A stretch of DNA of 25,341 nucleotides from Octopus sinensis (taxonomy: Eukaryota): assembly GCF_006345805.1 (NCBI RefSeq), contig NW_021836083.1, positions 1 to 25,341 of the forward strand. The letters run 5' to 3'. Shown one piece after another: positions 9,188-20,230 of the stretch. The stretch's first letter is position 1. The number at the start of each line of letters is the position of its first letter. A program made the position numbers and the translations under genes. Below the pieces are notes generated by a model. That model saw only the letters and a list, made by a program, of their open reading frames with translations. It made no database searches and was not told where the DNA came from.

Positions 9188-9443
9188 TTCTGTCTTCCTC
9201 CACTTAGCGATTATAAAAATAACAAAAAAAAAACAAGGAAGGAACGGATAAACCCCGTAAGAACTCGCTCACAGGTTTGATTCAACATAAAATGGTTATA
9301 TTCGGTTCCACTTCGACGATGGATAATCAGAGGAGTTTTCGTAGAATTTATGACATTACAAGAATGACATCACTCAGTGCCAAGGCAACCAATTTTATGA
9401 ACCAATGAGAACGCTTCGACGTGGCCTCTCGGCCTACTAGAAA

Positions 9444-9570
9444 TAACCTTTTGTTACCATTTTCTGCTGCAATACATCGCTGCCTTTTGTTTCAGTTGAT
9501 TTCGAAAATGATGAAGAATTTAATAAAATAACTCTGTCTTTATTGGGATAATGTTTGGAATATAAATTAA

Positions 9571-9571
<1 letters not shown>
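9444..9571. mobile_element. Terminal fragment of a probable non-autonomous DNA transposon (TTAA/CCC-type end)
   Basis: TAACCTTTTGTTACCATTTTCTG... resembles an abundant octopus TTAACCCTTTCGTTACC-ended MITE as I recall it. The partner end is not seen. Confidence 0.35.
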
Positions 9572-9603
<32 letters not shown>

Positions 9604-10410
9604 AATCTCTCAGTCTCTTTCTCTCAATCTCGCTGTCCCTCTCTCTCACTCCCTCTCTCTTCCTCTCTTTCTTTCTATCTCACCCTTTCCCTCTCTAAAT
9701 CTCTCAGACTATTTTTCTCTCTCTCCTTTCTCTCTCTTACTATATTTCTCTTTTTCTCTCTCTCTCTCTCTCACTCTCTCGCGTGCGCGCATTCTATCTC
9801 TTTCTCTGAATCTTTCTCTTTGTCTCGCTCTCATTTGCTCACTTTCACTCTCTCTCTTTCTCCCTGTCTCTCATTCGCTCTCTCTCTCTCTCTTTTCTAT
9901 TTCCCTTTCTCTCATTCTCACCCCATCTTTTTCTCTTTCTCCATCCCATCTCTCTCCCCTCCCCTCTCTCTTTATCTTTCTGTTTCCCTTCTCCCTTTTC
10001 GTACCTCTCTCTCTCTCTTTCTCTCTTAATCGCTCACTCACTCATTTTCTCTCCTTTCCTTACTCCATCTCTTTCTCTCTCTCCCTCCGCTCTCTCTCTC
10101 TTTCTCTCTCTCTTCCCTCTCTATCTTTCTGTCGTCTCTCTTCCTTTCTCTACCAGCACCCCTCTCCCTCGCCTCTCTCTCTCTCCGGCCACTCTTTCTC
10201 TCTCTCTCTCTCTTACTCTCTTAATCGCTCACTCACTCATTTTCTCTCATTTGCCTCACTCTATCCCTTTCTCTCTCTCGCTCCGCTCTCTCTCTCTCTC
10301 TTCCTTCTCTATCTTTCTGTATTCCTTTCTCTACCAGTCCCCCTCTCCCCCTTCTCTCTCTCGCCTCTCTTTCACTCTCCTTCCTTCTCTTCCATTCTTT
10401 CTCTTCAAAA
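9571..10410. repeat. ~840-bp imperfect (CT)n polypyrimidine tract with internal ~195-bp duplication
   Basis: Seen directly. CTCTCTTAATCGCTCACTCACTCATTTTCTCTC occurs at 10021 and 10216. Confidence 0.9.
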
Positions 10411-11225
10411 TCTTGAACCTACATCTTTTAAGCTTATACTCTTTAACACTTTTAACTCTGCTGCGTCACCGAAGCCTAGAGTTTGGGATTCGCTCATTCA
10501 AAATCCCACTTCCTTGAAACGGACTTTCGTTTAACTACAGTTAATCCTCATAAGATACAAAAATGGGAGATATTCTTTGTATTTTGAAGGTTTATGAAGA
10601 AAATATCATTCAATTCCGACAAGAGATATATCAACTGCCTCAACTGACAAAAGCAGTTTATACCTGCAAAAGTAAATTAGGACCGATTATTTTATTTCTA
10701 ATGATTTATTTATCATGAAACCATTATCGGAATTTATACTGCTCAGAATCTGCTGTTTATTTCGGCAACGTCGATGTGGAAAACGAAAAATAGTGTAAAA
10801 TTAAGTACTTTTCTGAAAGATGCAGCAACCGTCGAAACTGAAATACGTCTGCTATAAGCAGTCAGCAGTCTCTAAGTTAGATATCTTAAGAGCTACGTTA
10901 TGCTGCATGAGCGATTAACTCGTATCGAAATCCAAATATAGAAACAGATATAGAATGAGAATAGTTTTATTGAGTGATAATATGTCATCTGCTTATTGTA
11001 TTTCTCTAGTAAAATAGAAATAATTTTCTTTCTTTTTTTTTGTTTTGTTTTGATTCTATTCTCTTTCTGCGTTAATACGGAGAATATCAATCAACTTCCG
11101 GTTGAGGAAGTTAACTTAACATCCGCCATTTGCATTTTGATTCCGATGTCATTCTTTTTTTCATTAATCAAATAGAATATTCTGGTGTCGGCAAATTAGA
11201 GATTTAGAAGGTGTCTGTACATGCG

Positions 11226-11280
<55 letters not shown>

Positions 11281-11317
11281 CATACGTATGTCAGTGCATG
11301 GTATATATACATATATC

Positions 11318-11351
<34 letters not shown>

Positions 11352-11394
11352 AATGTATATATCTACATACTACATACATACATACATACATACA

Positions 11395-11427
<33 letters not shown>

Positions 11428-12188
11428 GCATGCACCTGCATGCACACACATACAGACACACTCATACATACACGGGAAGGTAGAACGGTGAGAAGTGGAG
11501 AGGAGGAAATGAAGAGAGACGACAACGACGGCGACGAAGAGGATGCCCAAGCTGTTGCAATATCGGCATTGTTAAAGTTTGCGGTCACCGGTTCCTTTGT
11601 CATGTCAGTGCATGTTCAGCTGTCTGTACTTTTAGCACAATCTATTTTAGCGATATATCGACCAAACCTTAACCCTAGATAATACTGCAACGGATGAGGA
11701 TATTGGCTTACTATTCTTGGTTCAAATCCTGTTTTTATTTAATATTTTAGATCCAATTTAATAATCGATCGCTTCAGCAGAGTAGATCGCCGAAAGAAAA
11801 AAATATATATATGTATATTAAAGGTTACTGTTTGATCTTGGGAAGCCCCAAGATATGAGATGGATTGCTTGCTACGATATGAGCCTCATCTTTTATCGTA
11901 TTCAGTGATACATATCTTTGATCTCGGATATTAATACGTTGAAAATGACTCTGTGTAAGTGTTTGCATTTCTTCCTTTTTTTATATAGATTATTACGCGA
12001 CTGTAGAGATATGCGAAAGAGAGAAAAAAGGATATGGGTGACACTTGAAAATATCATCTTCATGCGATATTATACACTCCTTTATTACTTTATGTTGCCC
12101 ACTAAAGGATACCACCATGCTGGGGTACCGCCATTAAACAAGTCAATGGCTGTCTGCAGATATATATTATATATCTTATTTCATTATA

Positions 12189-13218
12189 TAACTAGCAGAG
12201 ATACCCGGCATTGCCCGGTTACATTGAATTGAAGAATTAGACTTTTCTGTTATATTTTCTGAATGAACTGGAATATCTATGAGGGTTATTTCCCTCTTTA
12301 CATACCCTAAAAAAATTGTAATCGTGCCACATGGAAACCAAAAGACGAATGATCACAATAAGCAGTCAGTTACCCTACCCTAGTCGTTACCACTCCCAAT
12401 GTAGGATTCCTCACCATCCAGGTGACAGGCACAGCTGTAAGATGCATTACGAATCTATAGCAATTGGAAGTGCGTGACCCAACTGAAATCAACATTAACA
12501 ACTGTGTGACGTGAGGGCTTAGGAGAAATTAAAGTGTCACCTCTGGAGTTTGCAAATGACCACTATAGTGATACGTAACTGGACAGAATGAATCTATAAA
12601 TGTCTTTGAATAACCAGTCACTCATCTGAGAAGGCCTTGTAATCAATGTTACCATCTGGGGACTATGTGTGACCGAGTAATAATAAAAAGACTGAAAGGA
12701 GGTCTGCATTCAAATAACTTTACTCAACACTTTGCAACTGAATCAGTGAAGACAAAGATGCCTCTCATTTACTTAACAATTTATGCACCACATTGCAGAA
12801 ATCACAATGTAAGTGTATGTCAAAGCAAACTGTTACATTTTTGTACCATTGAATTAGAAATAATGCCCAACTTTTATGCTCGGGTAACCCTACAACTTCC
12901 AAGAGCACAACTGTATTCGTTTTTGCTTAGATAAAATGACAAAATTGTGGGTGTTAAGTCCCCATGGAGGGGTCTTTCTAACTTTGTAAGAAGATGAAAT
13001 TTTATAAATATTACTTCATTTGAGTCTAATATCTATGGCTAAAATTTCATCAACAGCAAAAATATATGAATTGTCATGGGGGTTCTGGCCCTTATGCTTA
13101 AAATATAATTTCCAAATTACATAAAGATCCATTCAGTACTTTTGACCTAGTTTTGGATCATAAAAGAAATGACTAAAATTTGGTTGTTAAGGCTCCCATT
13201 AGGGTGTTATATATAGAT
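12189..13218 (+). mobile_element. Non-autonomous Helitron/DINE-1-like element, ~1.03 kb
   Basis: The 5' end TAACTAGCAGAGATACCCGGCATTGCCCGG has a short palindrome. A ~40-bp motif is repeated internally (12933 and 13166, AAATGAC.AAAATT..G.TGTTAAG..CCCAT). The 3' end reads CCAAATTACATAAAGATCC...TTATATATAGAT. These termini are typical of DINE-1/Lep1-like elements. Confidence 0.55.
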
Positions 13219-13249
13219 ACACGCACAAACACACACACACATACACACA

Positions 13250-13292
<43 letters not shown>

Positions 13293-13344
13293 AGATAAAT
13301 TGATAGATACAACTGAGTGGGCAAACAAAAATATGAGACACAGC

Positions 13345-13549
13345 CTAGTGCTTTTTTATGTTGATAAGCCTAGTACTTATTCTATTAATTTATTCTTCTG
13401 AAACCAGTAAGTTTTGTGGATGTAAATAAATGAACAGCAGTTGTGAAGCAGTGATAAGGGCGAAACACAGACACAAAGACACACACATACACTTACATAT
13501 ATACATATATATACGATTGATTTGTTTCAGTTCCTGTCTACGAAATCCA
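13345..13549 (-). mobile_element. Diverged SINE family A, 3' two-thirds, cut at the RTE junction
   Basis: AAGCCTAGTACTTATTCTAT...AAACACAGACAC...TTTCAGTTCCTGTCTACGAAATCCA. Confidence 0.6.
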
Positions 13550-13555
13550 TATATA

Positions 13556-15856
13556 TTGTTGTTGGCATCCTTTTTGTCTCGGGAGACAATGGAGTTGCGC
13601 ATAAAATAATCTAGTCCGGCTTTTACATTTCATGTCCTAATACATCACCTGCTGTGGCTGTGTAGTCCTATCCTGGACAAACACTCCCTCTGGCAGGTGC
13701 CGCAAATGTAGCGTAGACTTTGCATGGCTGGTTGTAATGTCGTACTTTCTTGTTGACGTCTTTTCTTGTTTTTCCATTTCTCATCTCTCTCTATGTCACT
13801 CCTTTTACGCTACGTCACCAATCTCCACGGTTGCTGGCAACTGCTCTCCAATTGGTAATATTGATGTTGCAGGCATTCATGTCCCTTTTGGAAACATCCT
13901 TGTATCGTAAGAACGGTCTTCCCATAGACCTAGTGCCCCTAGCAAGCTCTCCATTGAGTATGTCCTTGGGGATTCTGCCATCTTCCATACGGCTAACATG
14001 TCGAAACCATCTCATACGTCTTTGTGTGAGGAGTGTAAACATGCTTGGTATTCCTGCTTGCTTGAGGACATCTTTTTGGGGAACATGATTCTGCCATTTG
14101 ATGCGAAGGATTTTCTGGAGGCAGCGCGGGTGAAGGATATTTAGGCGACGTATGGCGTCGTATGTCGTGTGTATGGTGTCCAAGTCTCACTTCCATACAG
14201 TAGAGTGCTAAGTACATATGCCTGGTAAATCTTCATTTTTGTGGTCTTGGTCAGCTTATTGTTGTCCCATGCCCGTTTGGAGAGTTGGGCCATCACAGCA
14301 GCTGCCTTGCCAATGCGTATATTGAGCTCAGTTTCAAGGGATAGGTTGTAGGTGACGGTAGAGCCAAGATAGGTAAACTTATCCACCTCCTATATTCTGT
14401 GGTCTCCAATATGTATGTTTGGGATGGTGGATGTAGCCTGACCCATGATGTTGGTCTTCTTGAGGCTGATAAATAAGCCAAAGTTGCCACATTCTTGCTC
14501 AAAACAGTTGATGAGCCTTTGTAGGGCTTCTGTGTGTGATACCAGAGCGGCATCATCAGAAAATAGCATCTCCTTGATCAGGACGCCTCTGATTTTGGTC
14601 TTGGCACGCAGACGCGAAAGATTGAACAGTTTCCCTTCGCTTCTACTGTGCAGAAGCACTCCATCATCTGATGTCACAAAGGCATGTGACAGCAGCAGCG
14701 AGAAGATGCCAAATAAAGTAGGAGCAAGGACACAACCTTGCTTTACCCCATTTTTTATTTGAAGGCGGTTGATGTTGAACCATTGTGCTGTTTGGTGCCT
14801 TGCATATCATCATGGAAAGATGTGATGATCCTCAGCAGCTTTGGTGGACACCCGATTTTTTGGAGCAGGATAAAGAGGCCTTTTCTACTTACCAAGTCAA
14901 AGACCTTTGTCAGATCATTTAAGGCCATATATAATGACATTTTCTGCTCTCTGGACCTCTCATGAAGTTGGCGTATGGAGAATATCATGCCAATAGTTGA
15001 TCTGCTTCTTCTAAAGCCACACTGTGATTCTAGATAAATTCGAGAAGCAAACAGTTGCAGCCTGGACAGGATAATACGAGCAGAGGCCTTTCCAACAGTG
15101 CTTAGAAGAGATATTCCACGGTAATTGTTACAATCACCACGGTCACCTTTGTTTTTGTAAAGCGTAATGATGTTAGCATCCCGCATATCCTGAGGGACTG
15201 TACCCTCTTTCCAGCACTGACAAAGAAGCTCATGAATGTGCCGAAGCAGGATGGTATTTTTGCCGGTTTTGATGATCTCTAATGAGATGCCTTCTTTTGC
15301 CGGAGCCTTGTTACTTGCTAGGGAGTCAATAGCCTTGGTGAGCTCTGCTATAGATGGCAGACTGTCAAGTTCACACATGACTGGCAAGATCTTGACACCC
15401 TCGATTGCAGCTTCAGCTACCGTGGTCTCTCGTTAGTAGAGATCCTGGTAGTACTGCACCCATCTATCCATTTGCATGCTTTGGTCCTTGATGAGATCCC
15501 CAGTAGTTGATTTCAGAGGGGCTGACTTGGTTGCGGATGGACCGATGGCCTTCTTCAAACCGGCATGCATCCCACGGGTTTCGCCACTGTCAGCAGCTGA
15601 CTTGATACTCTGTAAGATTTCCTGCCAATGCCTACTTGCACAGCGTCTGGCAGTCAGTTGGGTTTTATTTCTTGCCTTTCTGAATTCTTCGAGCGACTTT
15701 ATAGAAGAATCACTCTTGTATTACATCAGAGCTGCACGCTTTGTTTCGATAACTTTTTCCAGCTCTGAGAGCCCAGCACTGAACAAAATCTGGGTTTTGC
15801 CTTTCTCTCATGCCGAAAGTATCTATTGATGTGGTATACAAAGCTTCTCTGATATA
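13556..15856 (-). mobile_element. 5'-truncated RTE (BovB-like) LINE
   Basis: RT motifs NIITLYKNKGDRGDCNNYRGISLLS, ESQCGFRRSRSTIGMIF, LFSDD (YADD motif), KFTYLGS, STLLYGSETWT and RRMRWFRHVSRM. C-terminal SRIGLHSH motif. 3' end CCATTGTCTCCCGAGACAAAAAGGATGCC followed by (AAC)n. Confidence 0.95.
13640..15856 (-). pseudogene. Disrupted RTE ORF: linker, reverse transcriptase and C-terminal domain; endonuclease absent
   Basis: ORF pieces 14755-15387, 14390-14677, 14141-14386 and 13815-14183 are consecutive parts of one protein split by frameshifts and stops. Upstream frames give YIREALYTTSIDTFG..RQNPD. Confidence 0.9.
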
Positions 15857-16062
15857 ACTGGACATCCTGCTCGATATTCATCTTCAATTTTGCAAACGGT
15901 CTCCTGCAAGTTCTTTCATTCAAGCACTTTTCCATAAACTGAGTGTATGTTTCGAGTCACTTCGGCTGCAGAGTTACCTTTATTGTACTTATAAAGAATT
16001 ATATGTGCCTTAAATGCTCCTTGGATACTTCCATGTTGAAAGGGTTTTAATCAAAGCAATTT

Positions 16063-17352
16063 TAGGGTGTCCACGAAGTCTGGGTACATGGAATAAAATC
16101 ATAACATAAACAAATAAATATTAGCAATAATAATTTTCCTTTTTTACTTTTGTTTAAATTAAATAAAAAAAATACTTTACTTTTCTAAATTTATTTGTTA
16201 TTTTTTCTACAGATGATCGAATGATGGCTCTGTCTAAAGAAGAAAGAATCGAGTTAGTATTATTATGTGGACGAGAGGGATGGTCTTATTGCAAAATTGC
16301 GGAAGAATTTAATCTTCGACACCCTTATAGGCAACCTATTTTTTTTTAACTGCCGTCGGGAAATCGATCAAGAAATTTAAAGAAACCGGCAGTGTTTTGG
16401 ATAAACCCCGTTCCGGGCGACCAAAGACTTCAGATGAAACGAAAGCGGCTGTCATGACTAAAGTTTCTGCTAGCCCAAAGAAATCACTTCGTCGGACATC
16501 CACGGTGTTAGGTGTTCCAAAACCAACCATCCACAAAATACTGGTTGAGGAAAAGTTTCGTCGATACAACCTACAAATATTGCATCACTGAAATTAAGAC
16601 GACCCTGATAGACGAATGTAGACGTGCGAATAGTTTGCAGATAAATTGGATGAAAATATCAATTTTACGAAAAGCTTTGTTGTTCAGTGACAAAGCTACG
16701 TTTTATGTAAATGGTGAGGTCAACAGACAGAATCTTCTATACTGGTCTCGAGGTAATCCACATTGGATGGATCCATCCAAACAGCAAGGAAGCAAAAAGG
16801 TGATGGTGTGGTTTGTGGAAAGCTCATGTTCTAGGACCCTTCTTCATTGAACATGTAACGGATGAAACTTATGTAAACATAGTGAGAGACAAATTAATAT
16901 CTCAAATTGAGCGCCTGGGCGAGGGCCTTCCGAATTGGTTTCAGCAGGATGGGGCCCTTACCTATTTTGCCACAACTGTTAGAGATTGGCTTAATGACAC
17001 TTTTCCTCACTGGACTGGAAGAAGGGGTCATATGGAAAGGTCCCCTCGTTCACCAGACCTTTCTCCCCTTGATTTCTTTTTCTGGGGTATGTTGAAAGAG
17101 AAAGATTACAATAAAGATTACAGATTTAAAACACATGAGAGAACGCATTAGCGGTCAATGTGCTGAAATTGATGGCAATGTAGACTTATTTAATCAGGTT
17201 CACCTGAATTTTGCAAGGCGCATCAAGTTATGCATTGAAAATTATGACAATCACTTTGAAAATATTACTTATTAACATTATAATTAAATAAAATTGTTTT
17301 GTTTTAAAAGTATGTGCTAATCCCCATGTACGCAGACTTTGTGGACACCCTC
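16063..17352 (+). mobile_element. Tc1/mariner transposon of the rosa/Visitor (DD41D-like) group, with TIRs
   Basis: 28-bp TIRs with 2 mismatches: AGGGTGTCCACGAAGTCTGGGTACATGG (16064-16091) and CCATGTACGCAGACTTTGTGGACACCCT (17324-17351). TA at 17353-17354. Confidence 0.92.
16224..17275 (+). pseudogene. Frameshifted DDD transposase
   Basis: MALSKEERIELVLL..., KFKETGSVLDKPRSGRPK, FSDKATFYVNGEVNRQN, WFQQDGA, SPRSPDLSPLDFFFWG and RRIKLCIENYDNHFE, spread across several frames. Confidence 0.92.
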
Positions 17353-18359
17353 TATTATTTTGTAAAACAATATTGAATTAGTTTAAACGTACTCAAATGC
17401 ATAAAAATAATTTTTAATTGAATTAGACATTTGAAAATATTATTAAATTTCATTCAAATCTAAAAAAAAAAAATTGGACAGAACTGATTGGATGACTTGA
17501 TATATATAATTTATGATATTCTAGTAGGTTTCAAGTTTATAACACCTTGATATCTCATGTTATCTCATTTTATATACGTTTATTTTCTATTCTGGTTTTT
17601 ATATATTTCTATACATTATATTTGTATCTATAATTTATTTTAAACCGAAACATAATACGATCCGTGTACGAACGAAGGAACAAGAATGTCTTCTGGAACA
17701 TTTATCTTCCACCGGCGTTTGTAATCGATGGTGACATGTGCAATGATTATGCGACTATCTTATATTTTACAGAGAAATTGGAAGCCCCGAATGTAAGCCA
17801 CTACTTTATACATAATACAATAATTATAGATCTGTATTTATAACTGTAATTCTTTTTCTTCTCGTTCAGCTTATAATTATAAGCTTTTTTTCTCCAGCGT
17901 TCACCACTTCACCTCGTTAGGGTTAAACAGCCCTTACCGAATGTTTTCAATGTCCTGTTTTTGTTAGCAGCATTCACGTTCCGCGTATCTCAAATTTTAT
18001 TTAATTTGCTTTGGGGGAGCAATTGCTTTGACGAAGACGCATCTCGTTGCAATGCGGAGTAGTTATTTGTGTTGTTGATTATTTTGTAAAACCGTACCCA
18101 TATTTTCCCCATCCATATCTTTACCATAAGGGGCCCTAACAAAATCCGATAATAAGTACAGATGCAAATCTAATTACTTGTCTCCTTCCAAAATCAGGCA
18201 TAACTTGGCGATCGGTCGACTTACAACACCGTTCTTCGTCTTGAGCTTACTTGGTAGAGTATGTTTGTTTAACTTGACAACAAGGTCAAGGTGAGCTTTG
18301 ATTGGCTATATGCAAACGAGTTCATTTCTGAGGTCCGGAACTCTCGTGGGAAAAAATTT

Positions 18360-18565
18360 TACGACTGGGCGTTGCGTTGTGTTCTTGAGCAAAGCACTTC
18401 ATTTCACGTTGCTCTGCGATCATTTCGACATGTGACATGTGGCACTAGTTGCACCTGTACAGGTAATGTCGATTTGATGGAGGGGAATGATCTTATATCT
18501 ACATAAACATTTGATCGCTATAAACAAATCATTTGTGTGGTTGTTCGGTAAGAAATTGCCGGTTC
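18360..18565 (+). mobile_element. SINE family D, 5'-degraded
   Basis: GTTCTTGAGCAAAGCACTTCATTTCACGTTGCTCTGCGATCA...GTCGATTTGAT...ACATTTGATCGC.ATAAACAAATCAT; the later parts are shared with the 20263 copy. Confidence 0.7.
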
Positions 18566-18671
18566 CTTATACGTCGTATAACGACGGAAGAGTTCATTAT
18601 TATCATATATATATATAATATATATATATATATCTATATATATATATATATATATATATTATATCATATTA

Positions 18672-18899
18672 TACTCTTTTACTCTTTTACTTGTTTCAGT
18701 CATATGACTGCGGCCATGCTGGAGCACCGCCTTTAATCGAGTAACTCGACCCCGGGACTTATTCTTTTATAAGCCCAGTACTTATTCTATCGTACTCTTT
18801 TGCCGAACCGCTAAGTAACGGGGACATAAACACACCAGCATCGTTTGTCAAGCAATGCTAGGGGGACAAACACAGACACACAAACACACACACACATGC

Positions 18900-18930
<31 letters not shown>

Positions 18931-19088
18931 TGCGACGGACTTCTTTCAGTTTCCGTCTACCAAATCCACTCACAAGGCTTTGGTCGGCCCGAGGCTATAG
19001 TAGAAGACACTTGCCCAAGGTGCCACGCAGTGGGACTGAACCCGGAACCGTGTGGTTGGTAAACAAGCTACTTACCACACAGCCACTC
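18672..19088 (-). mobile_element. SINE family A, near full length and well conserved
   Basis: tRNA-like head GAGTGGCTGTGTGGTAAG...GGTTCCGGGTTCAGTCCC, CORE-like CTTGGGCAAGT, internal (TA)/(TG) tract, and (AAAAGAGT)n tail. Confidence 0.92.
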
Positions 19089-19805
19089 ATTATATTATTA
19101 ATGTTTGTTTTTATGTTGACTTACAATAACACTTTAACATTAAACTGGAAAATTAGTCGAACTTTTTGAAGACTGAATATTTATGATACTTTTACTAGAA
19201 AGGGGGTGTCAGTGACTACGAAGTTTCGATGAAGGCTGTCAGGTCGAAACTTCACCCTGCATATACATCATGTATATCTTTCATTTTAACTTAAATGCGT
19301 CACATTTCGATGATGGCTTAGCTAGTCAATACTTCGAAGTTACAGTCAATTCAACTCTTGTTAAAGAATAAAAAAAAATTGTGCTTTACAAAAGTATGGA
19401 AGTAACCCCTAAGATTAATGTAAAATTGCTTTTATTGTAACTGAACATAAAAACAAACATTAGTTCGTGCGTGCGTGCGTGCGTGTGTGCGTGCGTGCGT
19501 GCGTGTGTGTGTGTGTGTGTGTGGAACAGGAAGAGAGAGTAAGTCAACAATTCCAGCGATACACAGGCGTGGATTTATGTATTTAAACATAACATCTGAC
19601 ATTTTCATCTTCATTCAGAACGGTTTCTTTAATAAATCACATGAGACACATTTATGTCATTACAAGGAAACAACACACTTTTAAATAACATAATTCATTC
19701 ATTGCTTCTCAAAAACAATATTGTTGCTGGCCTAAATATATTTCTAATAAACGTATTATAATAGTAGATATATTTATTATAAAGCTAGATATACGAGTAT
19801 TATTC

Positions 19806-20230
19806 TTTTTCGACTCTAGGCGCAAGGCCCGAAATTTTGGGTGATGGGACCAGTTGATTAGATTAGTGTGCGACTGGTACTTAATTTATCAACCCCGTAA
19901 AGATGAAAGGCAAAGTCGACCTCGGTAGAATTTGAACTGAGAACGTAAAGACAGATGAAATACCACTAAGCATTTCGCTCGGCGTGCTAACGTTTCTTAT
20001 TCCATTATTGCCCACAAGGCGCTAAACATAGAGGAGACAAACAAGGACAGACAAAGGAATTAAGTCGATAACATCTACCCCAGTGCGTAACTAGTACTTA
20101 ATTTATCAACCCCGAAAGGATGAAAGGCAAAGTCGACCTCGGCGGAATTTGAACTCAGAACGTAAAGACAGATGAAATACCACTAAGCATTTCGTTCGGT
20201 GTGCTAACATTTCTGCCAGCTCGCCGCCTT
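19806..20230 (-). mobile_element. Head-to-tail SINE family B dimer bounded by one 18-bp TSD
   Basis: Units at 19997-20230 (full head) and 19806-19996 (lacking ~15 nt of head). GATATACGAGTATTATTC occurs at 19788-19805 and 20231-20248. Confidence 0.9.

Larger units (their letters stand above)
15857..17500 (-). mobile_element. Mariner-type DNA transposon, 5' part only, interrupted by the 16063-17352 element
   Basis: From the ATG at 16034 the frameshifted minus strand gives MEVSKEHLRHI.LYKYNKGNSAAEVTRNIHSVYG-CLNERTCRRPFAK..IEDEYRAGCPV, a mariner N-terminal HTH ending in a GRP-like motif. A mariner-like end, TA|TCAAGTCATCCAATCAGTTCTGTCCAATTTT, lies at 17470-17502. Confidence 0.75.

Noticed and set aside
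11835-11854. 8-bp hairpin ATCTTGGG-AAGC-CCCAAGAT
   Set aside because: Short and isolated, and not at a recognisable element end.
14445-15829. Plus-strand ORFs of 66-117 aa
   Set aside because: They are antisense shadows of the RTE coding sequence.
15726-15935. 69-aa minus ORF as a host gene
   Set aside because: It is a chimera: a mariner fragment (CLNERTCRRPFAK) running out of frame into RTE sequence.
17868-17885. 18-bp palindrome AGCTTATAATTATAAGCT
   Set aside because: AT-rich with a TTATAA repeat core, so it is easily produced by slippage or chance.
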